A stretch of 63,004 nucleotides of DNA from an uncultured Nitrospirota bacterium (GCA_964481895.1 CAYZUL010000002.1:26347-89350), one strand, 5' to 3'; positions 19,459 to 29,024 are shown, numbered from the stretch's first letter. The notes: a model not told the origin generated them from the sequence alone. Translations and numbers: made by a program.

Positions 19459-19746
19459 TCAGGTAGTAATATGTTTATTTTTAAATGCTTTCATGTCAGC
19501 GTCAACCATCATTTTGATCAATGCTTCAAAAGAGAGCGACGGTTTCCATCCCAATGCCTTTCTTGCCTTACTAAAATCTCCTATTAACTTATTGATTTCC
19601 GCTGGCCGATAAAGCTTTTCATCAACATTAATATACTCCCTCCAATCAAGGCCTGCATAGCTAAAGGCTAATTCTACCAGCTCGCCTACTGAATGGACAT
19701 CTCCTGTAGCAATAACATAATCATCTGGCTTATCTTGCTGGAGCAT
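19459..19746 (-). pseudogene. 3' fragment of a second, diverged GDP-mannose 4,6-dehydratase gene
   Basis: The 95-aa ORF MLQQDKPDDYVIATGDVHSV...LYRPAEINKLIGDFSKARKALGW aligns collinearly with the last ~95 residues of the intact gmd at 19899-20900 (MLQQDVPEDYIIATGETHSV...). The N-terminal ~240 residues are absent. Confidence 0.8.
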
Positions 19747-19898
19747 AAGCCCTCATTTTCATGCATAGTAATACAACTTATATATCATAGGCTCAACACC
19801 TTCTCCAGCCTCCCCCCTAAACCTCTCAAACAAAAACTCATGTTCCAGCCGCTCTCTTACAGCCTGACCCATGGAATGACGCAAGACCTCATTAGGGA

Positions 19899-20900
19899 TT
19901 ATGGCTTAGGGCGTAATAGGTTTTGGTTTTCTATAGCCTTAATGTCGGTCTCTATCATCATCTGGATCAGCTCTTTAAATGATACTTTTGATTCCCATCC
20001 AAGCTTCTTCTTTGCTCTACTAAAATCCCCTCTAAGCTCGTTGATCTCTGCCGGCCGATAGAGTTTTTCATCGGCTATAACATAATCCCTCCAATTAAGT
20101 CCCACACAGTTGAAGGCTGATTCTACAAACTCCCTTACCGAATGGGTCTCCCCAGTAGCAATGATATAATCCTCAGGCACATCTTGTTGCAGCATGAGCC
20201 ACATGGCTTTGACATAATCAACTGCATAACCCCAATCCCTTTTAGCCTCTAAGTTACCAAGTCTCAACTCCTTTGCCAGACCCAACTTAATCTTGGCAAC
20301 TGTGCTTGTAACCTTTCTAGTGACAAACTCAAACCCCCTTCTGGGTGATTCATGATTGAAAAGAATTCCGCTTAAGGCGAAAAGTCCATAGGCCTCACGG
20401 TAATTTCTTGTCAAATCAAAACCTGCAACCTTGGAAATACCATATGGCGACCTAGGATGAAAAGGGGTATTTATTCCCTGGGGTGTTTCCTTAGCAAGGC
20501 CAAACATCTCACTTGAGGCAGCAAAGTAAAACTTACAATCTGGGGCCTTTTCTCTGACCGCAGACAGGATAAAGTGGGTCCCATTTATGTTGGTATTTAT
20601 TGTGGAGAATTCATCTTCAAATGAATAGCTAACAAAGCTCTGGGCAGCAAGATGATAGCATTCGTCAGGCTTAATCTTCTCCACTACATTGAATATGCTT
20701 GCATAACTTTCAAGGGAAGCAGGATGTAAAATTATCTTATCCAAGATATGTCTTATACGCCAAAGCCTATGCTCTGGGTCTTCAATTGCTACTCGCCGTA
20801 CAATTCCATGCACCTCATAGTTTTTTTCTAAAAGGAACTCTGCCAGATAGGAGCCATCCTGTCCGGTAATCCCGGTAATCAAAGCTTTTTTCTTTGACAT
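19899..20900 (-). CDS. gmd: GDP-mannose 4,6-dehydratase
   Basis: ALITGITGQDGSYLAEFLLEKNYEVHGIVRR, SPYGISK (YxxxK) and NHESPRRG are classic Gmd signatures. 333 aa. Confidence 0.93.
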   Translation of the reverse strand: MSKKKALITGITGQDGSYLAEFLLEKNYEVHGIVRRVAIEDPEHRLWRIRHILDKIILHPASLESYASIFNVVEKIKPDECYHLAAQSFVSYSFEDEFSTINTNINGTHFILSAVREKAPDCKFYFAASSEMFGLAKETPQGINTPFHPRSPYGISKVAGFDLTRNYREAYGLFALSGILFNHESPRRGFEFVTRKVTSTVAKIKLGLAKELRLGNLEAKRDWGYAVDYVKAMWLMLQQDVPEDYIIATGETHSVREFVESAFNCVGLNWRDYVIADEKLYRPAEINELRGDFSRAKKKLGWESKVSFKELIQMMIETDIKAIENQNLLRPKP

Positions 20901-21041
20901 GATTACATCAACTCATTCTGCTGTGCTTGGATATATAATGGGATTTGGATAAATATGGAATCATAGCAGCATAGCATCAAGCCTTTAATAAAGTTCAGCA
21001 ATCCATAATTAGATTTTCAATCAAACCAATAAAAATCAAGA

Positions 21042-22256
21042 TCATAAATTTTCGTCAAGATTTTTATCAATTAAATCAAAAACAAATTTGGTTCTTGCTT
21101 TTAAAGATTCGTTTTGCGCTATTTGAGTCATTTCCTTTATAAATCTATGGTCATCCTTTTTCTTAAGAGCTTTTTCAATTGCCAGAATAAAAGATGGTAC
21201 ATCGTTGCCAATTTCAATTATGTCTTTAAATCTCATTATCTCCCTTGTAGGAGTTGCAACAATTGGTACGCCAGCAGCCATATACTGCCACATCTTGTCT
21301 GGATTAACGGTATGAGTTAATTCATCAACGGTATAAGGCATGATTGCAACATCAAATCCCTTTAAAAAGGAAGGAAGTTTATTAAAATCCTGCCAGCCTA
21401 GGTGTTGGGCATTAGGGTACTTCCACAAGTTTTGACAAAATTTTCTTGCATTAGAGTGTATCTCTCCAATAAAAACAAATGACCATTCTTTTTTCAAAGA
21501 GATTACCTTTTCTAATAAATCATAATTATACCACTTGAAAAGATTCCCCATAAAACCAATTATTGGACGGGGGAAAGGCTTGAGTTTTTCTGGAATGGGC
21601 GTATTAGGATTTTGGGCCTTATGAAACATCTCATAATCACAAGCATTTGGGAAATAATAAGTGTTGGAATTAAATCCTAATAACCGCTCGGTCAGAGATT
21701 GTGATGTTGCAAAAATTAAATTTACACTTCGTGCAAGCTTTTCTTCTTTAACTAATACAGAAATGTCTCTGTTTTTTATGCCCAAAAGGGAATGGTCATC
21801 ATGACATTCGTATATGGAAAGGTTTTCACCTGCCATATTCAAATAATTCAAATGCAATGGATGCGCAAACCATGCAACTTTCTTTCTAGAATGGCTGATG
21901 CCCAAACCATTCAATGCAATCTTAAGCATATGCCGAATTTTATTAAGCGATATCGCAGACAAGGGAAAATTTCTATCAATTAAGCTTAAAGGCAATAAGG
22001 ATGGAAAGCTATATACAAATAAGTTTTCTTCGTATTGCATGCATTTCATCTTTAAATCTTTTCTTATGCTTAATCTAAGATATTTTAAAGGAAATAGCAC
22101 AAAAGGAATAATGTTTGTGATAACTACTACTTTACCAATCTGTCTCATCTGATTAGCAAAAGTATAAATAAGAGGAAATCGATATTCGTCAGATATAGAG
22201 GAAGTCCCTATTCCCCTCGAATTTGTGTACATGATAATATCGAATTGATGCTTCAT
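21042..22256 (-). CDS. GT-B glycosyltransferase (GT1/TuaH-like)
   Basis: C-terminal block FDVAIMPYTVDELTHTVNPDKMWQYMAAGVPIVATP. 404 aa. Confidence 0.65.
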   Translation of the reverse strand: MKHQFDIIMYTNSRGIGTSSISDEYRFPLIYTFANQMRQIGKVVVITNIIPFVLFPLKYLRLSIRKDLKMKCMQYEENLFVYSFPSLLPLSLIDRNFPLSAISLNKIRHMLKIALNGLGISHSRKKVAWFAHPLHLNYLNMAGENLSIYECHDDHSLLGIKNRDISVLVKEEKLARSVNLIFATSQSLTERLLGFNSNTYYFPNACDYEMFHKAQNPNTPIPEKLKPFPRPIIGFMGNLFKWYNYDLLEKVISLKKEWSFVFIGEIHSNARKFCQNLWKYPNAQHLGWQDFNKLPSFLKGFDVAIMPYTVDELTHTVNPDKMWQYMAAGVPIVATPTREIMRFKDIIEIGNDVPSFILAIEKALKKKDDHRFIKEMTQIAQNESLKARTKFVFDLIDKNLDENL

Positions 22257-22337
22257 TTAGAGTCCAGCATATAATATCGAAGTGTAAGCTGCCCCCCGGT
22301 ATTCGTGGTTATTTCTGGAGAACCCATAACCATGGCC

Positions 22338-23786
22338 TCAATCAGCATTCATCAAATATGTGCTCAAGTAGTTTCGAACTTTTGATGGAATAATCTTATA
22401 TAAAATCATTTTAATATAATAGATCAATACAGGGAGATTAAATTTTGCCATAGCTCTTTGGGCTCGCCTCTCTATAATAGTAGGTGTCAAGTCTTCTGTT
22501 TGTATGTAGCGAAATTCACCAGGCAAGAGAATATCTTCAGAATATTCATGCAAAAGATAACCCTTTTCCTTACATTCTCTGTAAAGTCGGGTGTTTGGAT
22601 CCATCCTTAAGGGGAAAAAATTAAAACCTCCAACTCCTGCACGCTTGAGTCTTTGTGCGTATTTTAATGTACATTTGAAGCTCTCATCAGTTTCTCCCGG
22701 GAAACCAGTGATGAAAAATACCTCTGTCGAAATTCCAAGCTGATGACAGATCTCAATGGTTTTAACGGCTTTTTCAAGATTCACTTTCTTATTCATTAAC
22801 TTCAGGATCTTTTCATCTCCACTCTCAATGGCAATACACAGTTTTTTTACTTTGGATTTCTTCATCTTCTCCAGCATAAGCTGATTTAGCGTATCGGCTT
22901 TGACTCCACTTGATGCTTCCCAGGTACATCCAAAGTTATTATCTATCAACATGTCCAAAAACTTTATCATTCTATGAGAATCAAGAGTCATATTGTCATC
23001 ATCGAAGAGCAAATGCTCAACACCATATTCATCAACAAGTTGTTTTATTTCACTGATTAAGTTCTCTGGGGTACGTTTTCTATAACGATATCCACAAATA
23101 GAATGTACTGAACAAAAAGTGCAGTCAAACGGACAACCCCTGCTGGTAATTATGGAAGTAGTCCTTTTCTTTGTCCTTCCCCTATTCGAAAAGTAAAGAT
23201 ATTTATCCATATTCATAAGATGTCTGGCTGGAAAAGGAATCGTGTCTAAGTCCCTAATTTGCTCAGCTTGCCCGTTATCTATAATTATGCCGTCTTTTCT
23301 AAAAATCACACCTTGGATATCTTCCGGAGGTTTGCCTTCTACAAGACTCAACATTGGTATTTCACCCTCACCGCAGATCAAGAAGTCGACTGACTCGTAA
23401 AAAACAGCCTTCCGCAGAATTGAAGGTAACCCACCACCTACTACTATAGGAATGCATTCATAAGCATTTTTGATATTCTCTGTAAGTTCTCTGACTATTT
23501 TATCATGACCCGAAAAAGGAGCAGTAATACCTATAAAATCAGTATCTCGTGGTATTCTTGCAATAATATCCTTATAGGATAGTCCAATCCGCTTGGCTTT
23601 CTGAAATCTCGTGGAAACTACTTCGATGGTATTCATGCCTTCTACAAGGGCATCAATGAATCGTACTTCGTGTCCATGTTTTTCTAAGAAGGCCGCTATA
23701 TAACCCAAACCGAGATTAGACGAAAGATAATCTAATCTCAATTTAAAATAGTGAGGTGGTGCTATCAATAACACCTTTTTCTTCAT
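22338..23786 (-). CDS. B12-binding-domain radical SAM enzyme, copy 3
   Basis: TSRGCPFDCTFC. The tracked ORF starts at a GTG at 23819. The ATG at 23786 (MKKKVLLIAPP) matches the paralog N-termini and has a GGAGAA motif 8 nt upstream. Confidence 0.85.
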   Translation of the reverse strand: MKKKVLLIAPPHYFKLRLDYLSSNLGLGYIAAFLEKHGHEVRFIDALVEGMNTIEVVSTRFQKAKRIGLSYKDIIARIPRDTDFIGITAPFSGHDKIVRELTENIKNAYECIPIVVGGGLPSILRKAVFYESVDFLICGEGEIPMLSLVEGKPPEDIQGVIFRKDGIIIDNGQAEQIRDLDTIPFPARHLMNMDKYLYFSNRGRTKKRTTSIITSRGCPFDCTFCSVHSICGYRYRKRTPENLISEIKQLVDEYGVEHLLFDDDNMTLDSHRMIKFLDMLIDNNFGCTWEASSGVKADTLNQLMLEKMKKSKVKKLCIAIESGDEKILKLMNKKVNLEKAVKTIEICHQLGISTEVFFITGFPGETDESFKCTLKYAQRLKRAGVGGFNFFPLRMDPNTRLYRECKEKGYLLHEYSEDILLPGEFRYIQTEDLTPTIIERRAQRAMAKFNLPVLIYYIKMILYKIIPSKVRNYLSTYLMNAD

Positions 23787-23818
23787 GTTCTTATTCTCCA
23801 TTACTTTTTTATAAACCA

Positions 23819-24058
23819 CTAAAAATAATTGGTAATATTGTAATGGTCTATATTAGCGAGCCAACTTCTCTTCCCAATAATTATAGATTGAAAACCACTA
23901 CCACAACCGATATCCAGAATTTCTTCATCGCCAGAAAATTTGATTCCCCTGAAAATATCTTTAAACTCGTATATTTTGAAAGGATTTTTACATATATATA
24001 TTTGGATATGACCCAAAAAAAATAACGCCCGTTTAATTATATCTTTAAGTATACTCAT
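23819..24058 (-). pseudogene. Truncated N-terminal fragment of a class I SAM methyltransferase
   Basis: The 79-aa ORF contains motif I (ILDIGCGSGFQS) and stops ~20 residues later. The rest of the fold is missing. Confidence 0.5.
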
Positions 24059-24063
24059 TGAGA

Positions 24064-25197
24064 TTAACTACTATTTATCATTTCGCTGTAAATCGAAACA
24101 ATTTGGGATGTCATATGCTCTAATGTAAATTTCTCTAAAACTTTTTTTCGGCCAGTCTCGCCGAATTGATTTCGTACCCTTCCATCATTTACAAGTTTAT
24201 CAATGCACTTACACCAACCATCAACATCATCTGGATTAACAAGATACCCGGTCATTCCATGGTCAACCACCTCCGGGACACCACCAACTCTTGATGCTAT
24301 CACAGGTTTCTCTGTAGCCATTGCTTCAATTAGAACTCTTCCGAAAGGTTCCTCCCAGGTAGATGGAAGTAGAAACAAATCTATGGCATTATAAAAGCCA
24401 GTCATGTCTTCAAGAAAACCAGTCAAGATAATTTTTCTATCCAGATCATTCTCATTAATAAATGCAACAATTTGTTCAGGATATATAGTACCAGAATTGG
24501 TTTTTGCATCACCTGAAATAAGGATTTTATAGTTTTTATTCTCTCTCAGAAGAGACAATAAAAATTTCAATAAAGGCAATTGTCCTTTTTCCTCGGTTAA
24601 CCGTCCTGCCATCCCCATTACAAAATCGTCATCTCTAAAACCGTAAGACGTTCTCGTCTCTATACGTTTTTGTGAATCAGGCTTGAATATGTTAGTATCT
24701 ATTCCGTTGTAAATTACTTCAACTCTTTTCTTAAACCCACTGAAATTAACAAATTGATTATATGTATACTCTGAATTGCAGATTGCCATACTGCTAAGGC
24801 GATAGAAACTCTTCCACGATCCTTTACTTTCAGGAGCTAAACGAACATGTAGGATATGCGGGATTTTTTCTATCTTAGCTGAAATGGCGCCATATTGATT
24901 ATCCCAAAGCTGATTAGAATGGATCAGTTTAATTCCTTCCTTTTTTATTATACGTCGCAGGAATGCTATTGTCCGCATAAACGAAATCAGTTTATTGGAA
25001 TGGCACCAGTCAAAGGGATACACATAAACTATGATATCCATTTTTTCAAGTCTTTGACGTAGTGGTCCATCCTTCCCGAGGACAACAACAGGCCGATAAT
25101 CAGTACCTCTTAAACAGTCAGCCAATGTCTGCAAGCTTAACTCAGCGCCACCAATCTCGGCGAACCTGTTTAAATATAAAATGCCTTTGGATTTCAA
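24064..25197 (-). CDS. GT4 glycosyltransferase
   Basis: EEPFGRVLIEAMATEKPVIASRVGGVPEVV signature. 377 aa. Confidence 0.85.
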   Translation of the reverse strand: MKSKGILYLNRFAEIGGAELSLQTLADCLRGTDYRPVVVLGKDGPLRQRLEKMDIIVYVYPFDWCHSNKLISFMRTIAFLRRIIKKEGIKLIHSNQLWDNQYGAISAKIEKIPHILHVRLAPESKGSWKSFYRLSSMAICNSEYTYNQFVNFSGFKKRVEVIYNGIDTNIFKPDSQKRIETRTSYGFRDDDFVMGMAGRLTEEKGQLPLLKFLLSLLRENKNYKILISGDAKTNSGTIYPEQIVAFINENDLDRKIILTGFLEDMTGFYNAIDLFLLPSTWEEPFGRVLIEAMATEKPVIASRVGGVPEVVDHGMTGYLVNPDDVDGWCKCIDKLVNDGRVRNQFGETGRKKVLEKFTLEHMTSQIVSIYSEMINSS

Positions 25198-25219
25198 AAA
25201 TTACAGCTCCTCTAACATT

Positions 25220-25476
25220 TCATTTAATCATATCTAAAAATAAGTTTGTCGTTCGTTCTGCAATTTTGCTCCAGGAAAAATTATCAACTACGTGCTGGCG
25301 TCCGGACATGCCCATTTGATCTGCAATATCTTCTCTTTCAATCAAGTATGAGATTGCTTTTGCAATATTATTTTCATCTTCAGCAACTTCTACAGCACCT
25401 CCTAATCGACTTACAATAACAGGTTTTCTATAGCCATTGCCTCTATGAGTACACGTCCAAATGGTTCCTTTTTGAG
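25220..25476 (-). pseudogene. Frameshifted C-terminal remnant of a GT4 glycosyltransferase, paralog of 26348-27493
   Basis: One minus-strand frame reads EPFGRVLIEAMAIENLLL*. The adjacent frame continues YRKPVIVSRLGGAVEVAEDENNIAKAISYLIEREDIADQMGMSGRQHVVDNFSWSKIAE...MIK*. This closely parallels the C-terminus of the GT4 at 26348-27493 (AEDENSIAKALSYLIEKEEFADRMGKAGRKHAVENFSWDKIAE). There is no N-terminal half. Confidence 0.7.
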
Positions 25477-25489
25477 ACGGTATAAATCT

Positions 25490-25640
25490 CTTCCTACTTC
25501 ACTGTCCGCCAAAGAAGCTCGACAAAAATGTTGTCATATAGGCGACCCCGACCATCAATGCTGACTTTGATTTTTTCTTTTTCCAAAAACCCGTGAAAGC
25601 TTCACTCGTAAACTGCGCCGCCTTGTCCGTGTTGAATCCA
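25490..25640 (-). mobile_element. Degenerate remnant of an IS3-family transposase (rve/DDE integrase core)
   Basis: Minus-strand frame: IQHGQGGAVYE*SFHGFLEKEKIKVSIDGRGRLYDNIFVELLWRTVK*EEIY. It matches the conserved DQGxQFTS...SMDGRGRxxDNxFxERLWRxxKYEE block of IS3-family OrfB but carries two in-frame stops. No inverted repeats or remaining parts of the element are seen. Confidence 0.6.
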
Positions 25641-25757
25641 AATCGGGATAATAATCAAAAACAATAGCGATAAAATTATCAAAGATTCAAGAGGTAATAT
25701 TCTCTTTTTTCTTGTGAATGATTCTGATGCTTTGTTATCCTTTGCCATTTAGTTTTT

Positions 25758-26345
25758 TTATCGAAATCTTAGTGCTCTTCTTTCACGAAGCGTATAATTC
25801 AGGTTTATATTTCGTTTTTTAACCTCTCGTGCAGGATTACCTGCTACAAGAGTATATGCGGGAACATCTTTGGTTATAATACTTCCCACTCCAACAACTG
25901 CGCCCTTTCCAATGTGGATACCAGGAAGTATCATTGCACCAGTTCCAATCCATACATAATCCTCAATTATTACTGGTGAAGATATCATACAAAACATAGG
26001 ATCATCAATATCATGAGATTGAGAGATTATAAAACTATAACCTGAAATGTTCACATTATTGCCTATTGTTATACCACCCCAAGATAAAAATGTAACGTCT
26101 GGTCCTATCAGGGTATTATCTCCAATGGTCACTTTTAAAGGATCATTAAAGAAAGTTCCTGCCCAAATATGAGAATTCTTTCCTATTTTAATACCTGACA
26201 TCCTATAAAAAAACATTCGCAACATATTAATTGGAATCCTTAGAGCAATTTTAACTAGAAATTCCCCAAAAAATTGCTTTGTTGGCATTCCTATAATCTT
26301 TCCTTCTAGAATTCTTAAAACATTCCTAAAAGATATAATTTTCAT
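25758..26345 (-). CDS. Hexapeptide-repeat (LbH) O-acetyltransferase
   Basis: Repeated [LIV]G motifs (IGDNTLIGPDVTF, IGNNVNISGYS, IGTGAMILPGIHIGKGAVVGVGSII) and the tail VAGNPAREVKKR. Confidence 0.85.
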   Translation of the reverse strand: MKIISFRNVLRILEGKIIGMPTKQFFGEFLVKIALRIPINMLRMFFYRMSGIKIGKNSHIWAGTFFNDPLKVTIGDNTLIGPDVTFLSWGGITIGNNVNISGYSFIISQSHDIDDPMFCMISSPVIIEDYVWIGTGAMILPGIHIGKGAVVGVGSIITKDVPAYTLVAGNPAREVKKRNINLNYTLRERRALRFR

Positions 26346-26347
26346 AA

Positions 26348-27493
26348 TTATTTAATAACGCACGAAAGCATATTACCTGCAAGTTCCGCAATCTTATCCC
26401 ATGAGAAATTCTCAACTGCATGCTTACGGCCGGCTTTCCCCATTCGATCGGCAAACTCTTCTTTCTCAATTAAGTAAGAGAGTGCCTTGGCAATGCTGTT
26501 TTCATCCTCCGCATCCACAACTAAACCGGTTTTGTCTGGAATGACCGCATCACCTTGGCCCCCTTGGGAGCCAACAATCACCGGTCTTCCACAGGTCGAT
26601 GCTTCTAAAGCAACCATTCCGAAGCTCTCATAATCCCCATTATTAACGATGGATGGTAGAGCAACAATATCCGCCGCTTGGAGTAATTCCCTCACCTCTT
26701 CTCTGCTGGCGTTCCCTATTAGTAAGACTTGTTTGCCAATGCCGAATTCCTCAATATGCTTTTTCAAATCGGCCTGTTCTGGTCCTTCGCCTGCTATGAT
26801 GCATTTTACAGATTGGCCTTGCTCCCGCAATTTAGCAATAGCCTTGATAATACGCACTTGATTCTTTTTAGGCACTAAACGCCCAACATTGAGTATTAAA
26901 GGTAATCTATCTATTCCATATTTTGAACGTGTTTCTCTGATAATGGATTCATCGTTTAAAGGGGAGAAAAAGTCTGTATCAACTCCGGGGTTCAGGACCC
27001 TTATTTTTTCATCCTGAAAACCTCTTTCAATTAATAGGTGACATGTATATTTGCTGTTTGCAAGAAGCATAGTGGCATTGTGTAATAGAGTATATACTGC
27101 AATCTTATTTATTTTGACAATACTTGCTTTATGCAAATTACCGGCGGCGTGAATAAGAATAACATAAGGTATTCTAAAAAGCCAGTGAAACAGCAAAACA
27201 GGCAAGCCACGAGTCGCTGTCTCATGGCCAAGGAACAAAACATCCGGCTTCTTTCTTATAATCTGTTTAAGTAAATGCCATCCGATGTACAGTGAACTAA
27301 AATGTTTTGGCATTCGATAGCGAATAATAGAATAAATTTGATTTTGGTCAAATTCTATTGAGCCTGGCATCTCATTTGCCAAGATTCTAACGTCATTACC
27401 CCTCTTCGTTAGTCCACTGCTTAGTTCTGAAAGAAATACTGCAATTCCACCCACCATGGGCGGGAAATCTTCAGTGATTAGTACTATATTCAT
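26348..27493 (-). CDS. GT4 glycosyltransferase
   Basis: MNIVLITEDFPPMVGGIA N-terminus and the ESFGMVALEASTCGRPVIVGSQGG block. Confidence 0.85.
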   Translation of the reverse strand: MNIVLITEDFPPMVGGIAVFLSELSSGLTKRGNDVRILANEMPGSIEFDQNQIYSIIRYRMPKHFSSLYIGWHLLKQIIRKKPDVLFLGHETATRGLPVLLFHWLFRIPYVILIHAAGNLHKASIVKINKIAVYTLLHNATMLLANSKYTCHLLIERGFQDEKIRVLNPGVDTDFFSPLNDESIIRETRSKYGIDRLPLILNVGRLVPKKNQVRIIKAIAKLREQGQSVKCIIAGEGPEQADLKKHIEEFGIGKQVLLIGNASREEVRELLQAADIVALPSIVNNGDYESFGMVALEASTCGRPVIVGSQGGQGDAVIPDKTGLVVDAEDENSIAKALSYLIEKEEFADRMGKAGRKHAVENFSWDKIAELAGNMLSCVIK

Positions 27494-27578
27494 AGCATTA
27501 TGCCCGCAAGTTAGCCGGTTAAATCATAGTAGGAATATCCATTGGGTCATCCGTAGTAACAGGTCTTAGACTATTATT

Positions 27579-29024
27579 TTATTTTCTTGTTGCTATCTCT
27601 TTCAAGGGTTCAATAAATATTTTCCGAAACAAGGGGGTCCAGTATACTTCCGCTATTTTATGGCTGATAGATTCGGGTATTCCTTTGCTATGGAAAAATT
27701 GCTGTGTTTCACTCAGGTGAGCCTTTCTTTTTGATTTAAATGTATACCACTTCACTTTGTTATTAGCCCACTTATACAATTTCTTTCTATCGCTTATTGA
27801 CAATTCCGGAGTTTCAAAGATTGGGTCATTTTTCCAATGAGATGCCTCGCTAATAAACTGGACAGGGTCTTTCCTGAAATAGTCATTATTCTTCACCCAT
27901 TCATAGAGTTGTGTATTCGGAAATGGTATCAGGTTATAAAACCGTGCATCATACACAGGGTATTTTGTTGCCAGTCTTACTGAATCCTCGATATCTGCTT
28001 TTGTCTCTCCCGGAGAACCCAGAAGGAAAAAAAGAGTGACCTTATAACCCAGATCACATGCGTCCTTGATGGCTTGTTCAATAGTCTCAATTTTTTCTCC
28101 TTTACGAAGTGTATCAAGCACTTTGTTGTTTCCACCTTCAACTCCGAAAGCTATGTAGTGGAATCCTACCTCTTTCATTCTTGCAAGGACTTTCCTATCT
28201 ACTTTGTCAGCCCTTAAACCATTGCCGCATGATAACTTCAGCCCTTTCAAGCCCTGCTTTTCTATTTCATCACATATATCCCACACTCTTTTTCTGATTA
28301 GTGTGAAGTTGTCATCAGCAATACCGAACTCTCTATATCCCTTGTTATAGCAATACCGCAATTCATCAACTACAGACTCAGGACTCCTTACCCTGAACTT
28401 CTTTCCAATCGCCAGATTGACAGGGCAATATATGCAGTGATAAGGACACCCTCTTGACGTAACTATATTAATAAAGCGGGGATATTTAGCTAATTCAACG
28501 TTTGAATAACGCGGGAAGCCGTTTTCGTCCAGATTACCGATAAAATCTCTATCCCCCGTATAACTTATTCCCCCTGAATCATTCCTATAAAGCAATCCTT
28601 TTATTTCAGGCAATGGTTTATCACCCTTGCACAATTCCACAATTGTCTCTTCTCCCTCAAGTGTTATCCCAAAATCAATGGCCTGACACTCCTCTAAAAC
28701 CCTTTCTCTTAAAGTGGATAAATGCGGACCGCCGATAACAATTGGTAAATGGGGATAAGACTCTTTGATGGATTTAATCATCTCATAAGTGTGTTTATAG
28801 CCAAATGACATCATGCTGATTCCTATCAACTGAGGTTTGAATTTTTCTATCTCTGTCTTTAACTCATCAAGGCTATATCCAAGTCCCATATCAATAATTT
28901 TATTTTTGATGTTTGACTTAACTAACGCCTCCGAGACATAAGCAAGCCCTGTAGGCAGCCACCTGTTATCATAATGCGAGCCGTAATAAACGGGCTTAAT
29001 AAGCAGGACGTTATTAGTTTTCAT
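27579..29024 (-). CDS. B12-binding-domain radical SAM enzyme, copy 4
   Basis: MKTNNVLLIKP..PTGLAYV..GISMM and TSRGCPYHCIYC. Closest paralog of copy 2. Confidence 0.85.
   Translation of the reverse strand: MKTNNVLLIKPVYYGSHYDNRWLPTGLAYVSEALVKSNIKNKIIDMGLGYSLDELKTEIEKFKPQLIGISMMSFGYKHTYEMIKSIKESYPHLPIVIGGPHLSTLRERVLEECQAIDFGITLEGEETIVELCKGDKPLPEIKGLLYRNDSGGISYTGDRDFIGNLDENGFPRYSNVELAKYPRFINIVTSRGCPYHCIYCPVNLAIGKKFRVRSPESVVDELRYCYNKGYREFGIADDNFTLIRKRVWDICDEIEKQGLKGLKLSCGNGLRADKVDRKVLARMKEVGFHYIAFGVEGGNNKVLDTLRKGEKIETIEQAIKDACDLGYKVTLFFLLGSPGETKADIEDSVRLATKYPVYDARFYNLIPFPNTQLYEWVKNNDYFRKDPVQFISEASHWKNDPIFETPELSISDRKKLYKWANNKVKWYTFKSKRKAHLSETQQFFHSKGIPESISHKIAEVYWTPLFRKIFIEPLKEIATRK

Noticed and set aside
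19747-19898. A short minus-strand reading frame (MGQAVRERLEHEFLFERFRGEAGEGVEPMIYKLYYYA*) between gmd and the gmd fragment. I considered it as a possible remnant of a mobile or toxin-antitoxin gene.
   Set aside because: It is only ~37 codons and I could not match it to any family from memory. It may be junk sequence at the recombination junction.
25621-25747. A short ORF (MAKDNKASESFTRKKRILPLESLIILSLLFLIIIPIW...) running into the transposase remnant.
   Set aside because: It is a chimeric frame that ends at the first in-frame stop of the IS remnant, so it is most likely a by-product of the deletion.
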